The notes: a model not told the origin generated them from the sequence alone. Shown: positions 1 through 6,168, counted from the stretch's first letter. The stretch is DNA of 6,168 nucleotides from a virus (IMGVR_UViG_2778261506_000004), one strand, 5' to 3'. Numbers and translations: made by a program.

Positions 1-102
<102 letters not shown>

Positions 103-309
103 AAACCGGAAATAACGCCAGAAATGGTGGAAAAAATAGCCTAAATAGGCTGATTCGATGTGTTTGCGGGAAAAAAATCGGCCCAGATCCGCGAAATTTT
201 AATCAACGAGTCAGCTTGGGAAGAAATGACCTGCTTATTCGCACCTTCCTTAGCTCTTTAACAATCTGGTCCCCATCAACAAGTAACTGATAACTTGAGG
301 AGGTGTGAA

Positions 310-516
310 ATGCACAAAACAGAACCCAAAATCGTCGCGCCCGGATACACAAATGAGGAAATTTACGAGTGGATGGCAAAGAAGCTGGCAGCTATAAACC
401 AGCTTCGTGAAGTGCTGTCTTATCGACAGGAAACAATAGACTCCTTAAAAAAACTGGATCAGGAAATCACGGTTTTATCACAGGATGTTACTTTAGATAT
501 TGTGCAGACAAATTAG
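310..516 (+). CDS. Small hypothetical phage protein, 68 aa, predicted helical/coiled-coil (MHKTEPKIVAPGYTNEEIYEWMAKKLAAINQLREV...)
   Basis: ATG at 310 is preceded by a strong Shine-Dalgarno GAGGAGG (297-303) at 6-nt spacing. The ORF track start at 295 is a TTG with no RBS. Stop TAG at 514-516. No family recognised. Confidence 0.55.
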   Translation: MHKTEPKIVAPGYTNEEIYEWMAKKLAAINQLREVLSYRQETIDSLKKLDQEITVLSQDVTLDIVQTN

Positions 517-922
517 GATCCCATTCATTTTCGTCAAAATCATCAAAGTGATGAATTTGTGATCTCCAGTCTCGATAATCTAAAAATTTCTGGGCGGTTA
601 CGCTTATTTTATCAAGTGTGAGTTCATCCTGAATTGAAAGAAGAAGTTCATCAAATTTCATCTCATTAATCTGTTTTGGCATCCAGTGATGCTTCATCAG
701 AATAAGGTGAACCAGAGCCTTTTTCCCATTCAACTGATTATAGGGAGTGCCGAATTTCTTCCGGTGCTCATGTAAGACAAGATCCAGAAGAGTAAGTAAT
801 GTTGCCCTTGATTCCACTTTGCTTATTTCGACTGATGACACTACCCCACTGATTTCAATGCCCCGATACTTTCCAACATTTTCACAGTGGGATTTGTACA
901 ACGTGTAGATATTACCGGACAT
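488..922 (-). CDS. Hypothetical protein, 144 aa, encoded antisense to the surrounding + strand operon; candidate lysogeny-expressed moron or exclusion gene
   Basis: ATG (complement of 920-922) is preceded on the minus strand by AAGGA at about 7-nt spacing; stop is the complement of 488-490. Its 3' end overlaps the 310..516 gene convergently by 29 bp. Near the C-terminus the string RDWRSQIHH gives an R-x6-H spacing that is loosely HEPN-like; this is weak and unverified. Confidence 0.55.
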   Translation of the reverse strand: MSGNIYTLYKSHCENVGKYRGIEISGVVSSVEISKVESRATLLTLLDLVLHEHRKKFGTPYNQLNGKKALVHLILMKHHWMPKQINEMKFDELLLSIQDELTLDKISVTAQKFLDYRDWRSQIHHFDDFDENEWDPNLSAQYLK

Positions 923-937
923 TTCTTTTCCTTTTGC

Positions 938-989
938 GTTGTTGGGGATAACCAGATTAACCGAATCCTTGTTGTTGGGGAATAACCAG
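938..989. repeat. Tandem imperfect direct repeat: GTTGTTGGGGATAACCAG (938-955) and GTTGTTGGGGAATAACCAG (971-989), about 33 bp centre to centre
   Basis: Read directly from the sequence; the two copies differ by one inserted A. They lie 16 to 70 bp upstream of the minus-strand gene start, i.e. in its promoter or leader region. On the minus strand each copy contains TTATCCCCA / TTATTCCCC, a partial resemblance to a DnaA-box TTATNCACA. Confidence 0.6.
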
Positions 990-1206
990 GTCCACCTCGC
1001 CTGATGTGGCTAAAAGCAGGCACATAACAGCTAAGTATTTTCAACCAGAGAGAATCCTTAGCGTTGTGGTGAATGCTGCTCAGCGCACGCGGGTTAAGGT
1101 TGAGGCTGACAGTCGACCTTCTGTGGATACCCACCCGCCTGGTGTGCAACCTTCGCCAGGCACCGGGAGGCACCCGGCACCACAACTTTATGCTGTGTGT
1201 AGTCTT

Positions 1207-1253
1207 GGCGGTACCAGCTTGTACCCTTGCTTCCGGCTGGTACCGTCCTTTTT
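1207..1253 (+). terminator. Candidate intrinsic terminator or attenuator hairpin: 10-bp perfect stem CGGTACCAGC (1209-1218) / GCTGGTACCG (1236-1245), 17-nt loop, followed by a T5 run (1249-1253)
   Basis: Perfect inverted repeat followed by TCCTTTTT on the + strand only; the minus strand has no T-run after the hairpin. It sits about 140 nt upstream of the 1391 start codon inside a GC-rich region with no ORF. The loop is longer than in a typical terminator. Confidence 0.4.
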
Positions 1254-1390
1254 ACAAAACAGAGAAGAGCATCACCGGACGACGGGCTCATAACTCAATC
1301 CATCCGGGCGGCTGCCACCGCAGGTGTTCTTCTCTGTTTTGTGGAGAAACTAATCGGCCTTGCAGGGTCGATATGATGAGGAGCAGCAAA

Positions 1391-1753
1391 ATGGCTAGCG
1401 AACGCAGTACTGATGTGCAGGCATTTATCGGGGAGCTGGACGGCGGCGTATTTGAAACCAAAATCGGCGCAGTTCTCAGTGAAGTCGCTTCCGGTGTGAT
1501 GAACACGAAAACCAAAGGTAAGGTCTCACTCAACCTGGAAATCGAACCATTTGATGAGAACCGAGTGAAAATCAAACACAAACTCTCATATGTTCGCCCG
1601 ACTAACCGCGGGAAAATTTCTGAAGAAGACACCACCGAAACGCCGATGTATGTCAATCGCGGTGGTCGCCTGACTATTCTGCAGGAAGACCAGGGACAAT
1701 TACTGACTCTTGCCGGTGAACCTGACGGAAAACTCCGCGCAGCAGGTCATTAA
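1391..1753 (+). CDS. Hypothetical phage early protein, 120 aa (YfdP-like by size and position in a CPS-53/KplE1-type cassette; identity from memory, unverified)
   Basis: ATG at 1391 is preceded by GAGGAG (1378-1383) at 7-nt spacing. The ORF track's longer version from 1073 translates to an Arg/Pro/Cys-rich, non-protein-like N-terminal extension across the GC-rich region and is rejected. Stop TAA at 1751-1753. Confidence 0.7.
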   Translation: MASERSTDVQAFIGELDGGVFETKIGAVLSEVASGVMNTKTKGKVSLNLEIEPFDENRVKIKHKLSYVRPTNRGKISEEDTTETPMYVNRGGRLTILQEDQGQLLTLAGEPDGKLRAAGH

Positions 1754-1818
1754 TATCGTTCTTAATTAACTGATTATTTATCTCATCACTGAATATCTTT
1801 ATATAGTGAGGACTTATT

Positions 1819-2643
1819 ATGTCTCAGAACTTAGACGCAACCGCAATTAATCAAATCCATGCTATTATTTCTGCTCAGGGTGTTAATGAAATTATCAGTA
1901 AGATTGGTGCCGATGCTGTAGCATTGCCTGAGAATTTCCGCATTCATGATCTGGAAAAATTTAATTTAAATCGCTTCCGTTTCCGTGGTGCGCTTTCCAC
2001 TGCCAGCATCGATGACTTTACCCGTTATTCTAAAGATCTTGCAGATGAAGGCACCCGCTGCTTTATCGATGCTGATAATATGCGTGCCGTCAGTGTGCTT
2101 AACCTGGGTACTATTGATGAACCAGGTCACGCAGATAACACCGCCACTCTCAAACTGAAAAAGACAGCACCGTTCTCTGCACTGTTGTCTGTTAACAGCG
2201 AGCGTAACTCCCAGAAGTCACTGGCAGAATGGATTGAAGACTGGGCCGACTACCTTGTGGGTTTTGATGCTAATGGTGACGCTATCCAGGCAACAAAAGC
2301 GGCTGCGGCTGTCCGTAAAATCACGATTGAAGCAAACCAGACCGCTGATTTTGAAGATAATGACTTCAGCGGCAAACGCTCCCTGATGGAGTCTGTCGAA
2401 GCGAAGACCAAAGACATTATGCCAGTGGCATTTGAATTTAAATGCGTTCCGTTTGAAGGTCTGAAAGAACGTTCTTTTAAATTACGCCTCAGCATTATCA
2501 CTGGCGATCGTCCTGTACTTGTTCTGCGCATTATTCAGCTGGAGGCGGTGCAGGAAGAAATGGCTAACGAATTTCGCGATCTGCTTGTTGAGAAATTCAA
2601 AGACAGCAAAGTAGAAACCTTTATTGGTACTTTCACCGCCTGA
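1819..2643 (+). CDS. yfdQ: YfdQ-like phage protein (DUF2303 family), 274 aa
   Basis: ATG at 1819 with GTGAGGA RBS (about 1806-1812); long clean ORF with a protein-like composition. Size and gene order (120 aa, 274 aa, then an HD-domain protein) match my recollection of the E. coli K-12 CPS-53 yfdP-yfdQ-yfdR block. The symbol is from memory, not a search. Confidence 0.75.
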   Translation: MSQNLDATAINQIHAIISAQGVNEIISKIGADAVALPENFRIHDLEKFNLNRFRFRGALSTASIDDFTRYSKDLADEGTRCFIDADNMRAVSVLNLGTIDEPGHADNTATLKLKKTAPFSALLSVNSERNSQKSLAEWIEDWADYLVGFDANGDAIQATKAAAAVRKITIEANQTADFEDNDFSGKRSLMESVEAKTKDIMPVAFEFKCVPFEGLKERSFKLRLSIITGDRPVLVLRIIQLEAVQEEMANEFRDLLVEKFKDSKVETFIGTFTA

Positions 2644-2655
2644 TTTGATTACTGC

Positions 2656-2677
2656 AAATGCCCCTGCGGGGGCATTT
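2656..2677 (+). terminator. GC-rich hairpin between the yfdQ-like and yfdR-like genes: AAATGCCCC-TGCG-GGGGCATTT; possible weak terminator or RNA-stabilising stem-loop
   Basis: 9-bp perfect inverted repeat with a 4-nt loop, 13 nt after the yfdQ-like stop. The U-tract is only the TTT inside the stem tail plus AT, so termination would be weak or partial. Confidence 0.3.
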
Positions 2678-2771
2678 ATGGAAACGTAATTAACTCAATA
2701 ATCTCCGGATGGTGAGGGCTTCCTTTTACCAGAATTCAGTGCGGTGCAGCGCAAATAACGTGGAGAACAAA

Positions 2772-3320
2772 ATGTCATTTATTAAAACTTTTTCTGGGAA
2801 GCATTTTTATTATGACAGGATAAATAAAGACGACATCGTTATTAACGATATCGCGGTTTCCCTTTCAAATATCTGTCGCTTTGCAGGACATCTTTCACAC
2901 TTCTACAGCGTCGCCCAACATGCGGTTCTTTGCAGCCAACTGGTACCGCAGGAATTTGCTTTTGAAGCGTTAATGCATGATGCAACAGAAGCGTATTGCC
3001 AGGACATCCCCGCTCCACTGAAACGCCTTCTTCCTGACTATAAACAGATGGAAGAAAAAATAGACGCCGTAATCCGTGAGAAATACGGGTTACCCCCGGT
3101 TATGAGTACGCCCGTGAAATATGCCGATCTCATCATGCTGGCAACCGAACGCCGCGATCTCGGGCTTGATGATGGCTCTTTCTGGCCTGTACTGGAAGGC
3201 ATCCCGGCAACAGAGATGTTCAACGTGATTCCACTGGCACCGGGCCATGCCTACGGGATGTTTATGGAACGCTTTAAAGAGCTGCATAAGATGCATAAAC
3301 AATCCAGACAGCGAAATTAA
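2772..3320 (+). CDS. yfdR: HD-domain phosphohydrolase, YfdR/YfbR-like putative 5'-deoxynucleotidase, about 182 aa
   Basis: ATG at 2772 (MSFIKTF...) is preceded by GGAGA at about 6-nt spacing; the ORF track start at 2709 has no RBS and is rejected. HD-domain signature is visible: ...AGHLSH..., ...LMHDATEAY..., ...CQD... (H ... HD ... D). Stop TAA at 3318-3320. Confidence 0.8.
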   Translation: MSFIKTFSGKHFYYDRINKDDIVINDIAVSLSNICRFAGHLSHFYSVAQHAVLCSQLVPQEFAFEALMHDATEAYCQDIPAPLKRLLPDYKQMEEKIDAVIREKYGLPPVMSTPVKYADLIMLATERRDLGLDDGSFWPVLEGIPATEMFNVIPLAPGHAYGMFMERFKELHKMHKQSRQRN

Positions 3321-3363
3321 CTAGTGAAATAGTTTTGTAGCAAAAGAAATGAGGTTATCAAAA

Positions 3364-3609
3364 ATGCTTCAAATGCTGACACTTGAGGAATGGGCTGCGG
3401 AAAAATACAGAAGTAATCCTCCAAGCGTGTCCACATTGCGTCGTTATGCTAAGCAGAATTTATTTTGTCCACCGGCAATGAAACAAGGTCGACTATGGCG
3501 AGTGCGTGAGGACGCAGAGTTAGTTGGGGAATTAGTTACTCCTGTCATCAAGAAAAATGATTCTATTATTCTACAAAGGATTTTAAGTAATGGCAGCCAG
3601 ACCACGTAA
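3364..3609 (+). CDS. xis: Excisionase (lambda Xis family), about 81 aa
   Basis: The translation MLQMLTLEEW...RRYAKQNLFCPPAMKQGR... parallels lambda Xis MYLTLQEW...RRWVRECRIFPPPVKDGR... as I recall it. GAGG (3351-3354) lies 9 nt before ATG 3364; alternative starts are 3349 and 3373. The 3' end overlaps the int start by 20 nt, as in lambda. Confidence 0.85.
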   Translation: MLQMLTLEEWAAEKYRSNPPSVSTLRRYAKQNLFCPPAMKQGRLWRVREDAELVGELVTPVIKKNDSIILQRILSNGSQTT

Positions 3610-4717
3610 AAATAATGTTTCAGTCCCGAACTTGTATCCGCTTTATAGTAGAAAAGTAAATAAAGTCTATTGGCGATATAAACATCCTGTGACCGGGAAG
3701 TTTCATTCTTTAGGCACAAACGAAGCTGAAGCCATTGCTATTGCCACTGAGGCAAATTCACGCCTGGCTGAGCAAAGAACCCGGCAGATTATGGCTATCA
3801 GTGACAGGATCGCAACCAGCAAAGGAAAAGCAATCACAACGTCAACCTGGTTAGATCGCTATCAAGCAATCCAGGATGACAGACTGGAAAGTGGCGATAT
3901 AAAGCTAAACACCTATAAACAGAAAGCCAAACCAGTATCCTTGCTCAGGGAACGAGCAGGAATGAAATTAATTTCATCAGTTGATGTAAGGGATATAGCA
4001 CAATTACTTGACGAGTATATCACTGCCGGGCAACCGAGGATGGCGCAAGTAGTCCGCTCCGTTCTAATTGATGTATTCAAGGAGGCACAACACTATGGGG
4101 AAGTCCCTCCGGGCTATAATCCAGCACTGGCAACCAAACAACCCAGAAGAAAAATTACCCGACAACGGTTAAGTCTTGAAGAATGGCAAAAAATCTTTGA
4201 TATCGCAGATGCACGCCATCGTTATATGGGGAATGCCATGCTGTTAGCACTGGTTACCGGCCAACGGTTAGGTGATATCTCACGTATGAAATTTAGCGAT
4301 ATTTGGGATGATCATCTTCACGTCATCCAAGAAAAAACCGGGAGCAAAATCGCCATCCCGCTTTCCCTTCGCCTCAATGCAATTAACTGGAGTTTACGCG
4401 ATGTAGTAGCCCGCTGCCGTGACTATGCAGTCAGCCCATACCTTGTACATTTTTTTCGTACTACTTCACAGGCTGAACGTGGCGCGCAAGTAAAAGCCAA
4501 TACATTGACGATGAATTTCAGTAAAGCGAGGGATTTAGCAGGCATTGACTGGGGTGAAGGTTCGCCCGCCACATTCCATGAACAAAGATCTTTATCTGAG
4601 CGACTTTACGAAGCTCAGGGCGTCGACACCCAAAAACTTCTGGGACATAAATCGCCTAACCAGACAGCTAAATACCATGATGATCGTGGTAAGGAATGGG
4701 CAAAAATCAAGGTTTGA
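3590..4717 (+). CDS. int: Site-specific tyrosine recombinase, phage lambda Int family integrase, 375 aa
   Basis: N-terminal arm-binding region resembles lambda Int (...VPNLY...VTGKFHSLG...). The C-terminal catalytic domain has the lambda-like motifs VTGQRLGD (Arg), PATFHEQRSLSERLY (His-x-x-Arg), LLGHKS (His) and AKYHDDRGKEW (Tyr nucleophile). AAGGA RBS lies 9 nt upstream. Confidence 0.95.
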   Translation: MAARPRKNNVSVPNLYPLYSRKVNKVYWRYKHPVTGKFHSLGTNEAEAIAIATEANSRLAEQRTRQIMAISDRIATSKGKAITTSTWLDRYQAIQDDRLESGDIKLNTYKQKAKPVSLLRERAGMKLISSVDVRDIAQLLDEYITAGQPRMAQVVRSVLIDVFKEAQHYGEVPPGYNPALATKQPRRKITRQRLSLEEWQKIFDIADARHRYMGNAMLLALVTGQRLGDISRMKFSDIWDDHLHVIQEKTGSKIAIPLSLRLNAINWSLRDVVARCRDYAVSPYLVHFFRTTSQAERGAQVKANTLTMNFSKARDLAGIDWGEGSPATFHEQRSLSERLYEAQGVDTQKLLGHKSPNQTAKYHDDRGKEWAKIKV

Positions 4718-4736
4718 ATTTTACAAAATTGAATGA

Positions 4737-4756
4737 TACTGTATATGCATACAGAA
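4737..4756. promoter_or_regulatory. Candidate LexA (SOS) box TACTGTATATGCATACAGAA (CTGT-N8-ACAG, AT-rich spacer)
   Basis: Matches the E. coli LexA consensus TACTG(TA)5CAGTA at all invariant CTGT/ACAG positions. Lies in the 115-bp intergenic region between the int stop and the downstream operon, about 80 bp upstream of ATG 4833. Confidence 0.55.
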
Positions 4757-4775
4757 TTGAAAGAAAATTAAGCTC

Positions 4776-4803
4776 TTGAAAGTGCTTGGTTTTATGGAAT
4801 AAT
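4776..4803 (+). promoter_or_regulatory. Putative sigma70 promoter for the downstream operon: -35 TTGAAA (4776-4781), 16-nt spacer, -10 AATAAT (4798-4803)
   Basis: Hexamers and spacing read by eye. A second TTGAAA at 4757-4762 and a TTGAAT at 4729-4734 are alternatives; the latter would place the LexA box inside the spacer. Not experimentally defined. Confidence 0.3.
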
Positions 4804-4832
4804 GAAACCAAATAGTTTACAGGAGTTTTCTT

Positions 4833-5729
4833 ATGCAGTTGTATGCCTTACGTGTGTTAATGAGACCGCGCGATCCAGACCTCTTTTCGAAAGGAGCTGT
4901 TCAGAAAGATATCTCTCATTTTGAAAATGCTATGGTTGTCGCTGCAAAAAATTTACACATGACGTCATCAACACCTTCCGTTCATAAGAAAACTAGTTAC
5001 ACCCTGAAATTGAGCATAAAACCTACTGATGGTGTTATGGCTGGAGTCATATCAAAGCTGCAAAAGATTAAAGGACATGATAAAGACTTTCGAGAGTACG
5101 ATGTAGACAACTATCCACCTATCGTATGGATTTGGGACAAAGTAGAGCAGGTGTTACTGGTTGAGAGGAAAACCGCTGTTTTCAAGGATGCGCAACAAGT
5201 TGCTAAAGCATTCGAAGATCTAGCCAATAACGACTATTTGGCTCAGTTAGGACTTAGAATATTTATAGAGCCTTGTCTTGAAATGGAAGATTTTTGGTCA
5301 GAATACCATAGGCTTCAATTTATCGACAAAGTCAGCTTTACGCTGATTACTCCGAATATCTTCGGAAGCAGTAAGCAAGCGTTAACCAATGATTTACGGA
5401 AGCTTGAAAAAGATACCAATGCAAATACTGTGACCACTATTTTTGAAAACAAAGATGGCAATTTGAAACTCAAAGGTTCTCATTGGGCTGAGACTCTTGT
5501 TGACTGGGTCAAAGATGGTGGCGGGTCATGGTTGATTAAAGGACGTAAGACACTCAAGTCAAAATCTACTACGGTATCCAGTAATCAGACAGCCAAAATC
5601 GTGCTGATCGAAGGTGAGATATCAGAAATTGAACTTGATGGCTACTCAGCAAATGATATTAAAGAGATCATAGCATTACATCAAAACAGGTATACGTTCA
5701 AAAATGCAAAATCTAACTGTCTGGATTAA
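4833..5729 (+). CDS. Hypothetical soluble protein, 298 aa, no recognisable family; first gene of a two-gene operon
   Basis: ATG at 4833 is preceded by AGGAG (4821-4825) at 7-nt spacing. Long ORF in a visibly AT-richer region than the upstream phage genes. No Walker A, HD, HEPN or other motif was recognised by eye. Confidence 0.8.
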   Translation: MQLYALRVLMRPRDPDLFSKGAVQKDISHFENAMVVAAKNLHMTSSTPSVHKKTSYTLKLSIKPTDGVMAGVISKLQKIKGHDKDFREYDVDNYPPIVWIWDKVEQVLLVERKTAVFKDAQQVAKAFEDLANNDYLAQLGLRIFIEPCLEMEDFWSEYHRLQFIDKVSFTLITPNIFGSSKQALTNDLRKLEKDTNANTVTTIFENKDGNLKLKGSHWAETLVDWVKDGGGSWLIKGRKTLKSKSTTVSSNQTAKIVLIEGEISEIELDGYSANDIKEIIALHQNRYTFKNAKSNCLD

Positions 5730-6168
5730 AGCTATAGCTACCTTCTTTTTGTGCTTAGCATTAGCATCGACTGATAAAACCATTTATACCTTACTTGAGC
5801 AGGCTTCTGCTGGAGTAATAGGTTCAATACTTGGAGGTATTGCCGCAGGTATCTCCGTTATCTTCGGAATTTTGGCTGTCATTAATAAGGGCGAGAAAAG
5901 CACAGACTTTACGGACTATTTAGATAGTTTAGAATTAGATTTGAAATTACTGGTCATGTGTCTGGCAGTAACAATCTTCCTTCCCTATTTACGTAATTAT
6001 GACATACCACTAGTAAATTATCCTCAGCACGAATTTATCCCTTCTAAAGGCAAGCTATTTACTGCTTTAGAACTTTTTGCTATCGTGCTATCTCTTAACC
6101 TCATTGCAGAAGTGATTAGCTGCATGATTTTAGTGGTTAAAAAAAGTTTCAAAATTGAATCAAAGTGA
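5704..6168 (+). CDS. Small integral membrane protein, 154 aa, about four predicted transmembrane helices including a Gly-zipper-like helix (GSILGGIAAGISVIFG)
   Basis: ATG 5704 overlaps the upstream gene by 26 nt in another frame, suggesting translational coupling; its own RBS is weak. Hydrophobic stretches at roughly aa 7-22, 36-60, 80-96 and 118-145. Stop TGA at 6166-6168 is the last codon of the window. Confidence 0.7.
   Translation: MQNLTVWIKAIATFFLCLALASTDKTIYTLLEQASAGVIGSILGGIAAGISVIFGILAVINKGEKSTDFTDYLDSLELDLKLLVMCLAVTIFLPYLRNYDIPLVNYPQHEFIPSKGKLFTALELFAIVLSLNLIAEVISCMILVVKKSFKIESK

Noticed and set aside
1006-1293. 95-aa + strand ORF, with overlapping minus-strand ORFs 841..1185 and 1094..1291
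   Set aside because: All lie in the GC-rich stretch and give Arg/Pro/Ser/Cys-rich translations typical of GC-rich noncoding DNA. They overlap each other on both strands and none has a convincing RBS.
1073-1390. N-terminal extension of the 1073..1753 ORF
   Set aside because: The extension is non-protein-like and crosses the terminator-like hairpin. A strong GAGGAG RBS precedes the internal ATG at 1391, which gives a 120-aa product.
923-1390. Retron msr/msd or CRISPR-like element as the explanation for the GC-rich structured region
   Set aside because: No reverse-transcriptase gene follows, no flanking a1/a2-type long inverted repeats were identified, and there is no regularly spaced repeat-spacer array; only two direct repeats and scattered hairpins.
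1288-1656. 122-aa minus-strand ORF antisense to the yfdP-like gene
   Set aside because: Fully embedded antisense in a better-supported + strand CDS; no RBS; likely a frame artefact.
2250-2531. 93-aa minus-strand ORF inside the yfdQ-like gene
   Set aside because: Antisense and embedded in a long, well-supported CDS; Arg/Ser-rich translation.
2709-2771. Upstream start at 2709 for the HD-domain protein
   Set aside because: No RBS before 2709, whereas GGAGA sits at ideal spacing before ATG 2772; the extra 21 residues (MVRASFYQNSVRCSANNVENK) look non-native.
3038-3302. Minus-strand ORFs 3038..3223 and 3090..3302 inside the yfdR-like gene
   Set aside because: Antisense and embedded in the HD-domain CDS; no independent support.
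3444-3719. 91-aa minus-strand ORF spanning the xis/int junction
   Set aside because: Antisense to two strongly supported genes (xis, int); no RBS; implausible.
4545-4736. 63-aa + strand ORF overlapping the int 3' end in another frame
   Set aside because: Embedded out-of-frame in the integrase catalytic-domain coding region; no RBS; likely spurious.
4718-4832. Lambda-type attP/attL core or a tRNA/tmRNA 3' fragment at the int-proximal junction
   Set aside because: No match to the lambda core GCTTTTTTATACTAA was found by eye and no tRNA-like acceptor/T-arm segment is evident; the palindrome present is better explained as a LexA box. The att site therefore cannot be called from this window.

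Overview
This window reads as the integration-proximal end of a lambdoid (lambda-family) prophage from an enterobacterium. On the + strand it carries the 3' end of an upstream gene, a small coiled-coil ORF, a YfdP/YfdQ/YfdR-like early-gene cassette including an HD-domain phosphohydrolase, and a lambda-type excisionase overlapping a lambda-type tyrosine integrase. One gene (488..922) lies antisense to this operon, directly next to a GC-rich stretch of about 470 bp with no convincing ORF that contains tandem direct repeats and a terminator-like hairpin. The most interesting locus is downstream of int: a visibly AT-rich two-gene operon (298-aa soluble protein overlapping a 154-aa four-helix membrane protein) preceded by a near-consensus LexA/SOS box. 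Its architecture resembles RexA/RexB-type sensor plus membrane-effector exclusion modules, but I recognise neither protein, so this is a candidate undescribed SOS-regulated abortive-infection or toxin module. All family assignments are from reading the translations and from memory; no database search was run. No tRNA, rRNA, CRISPR array, IS element or att core could be identified, and the prophage boundary is not resolvable in this window.
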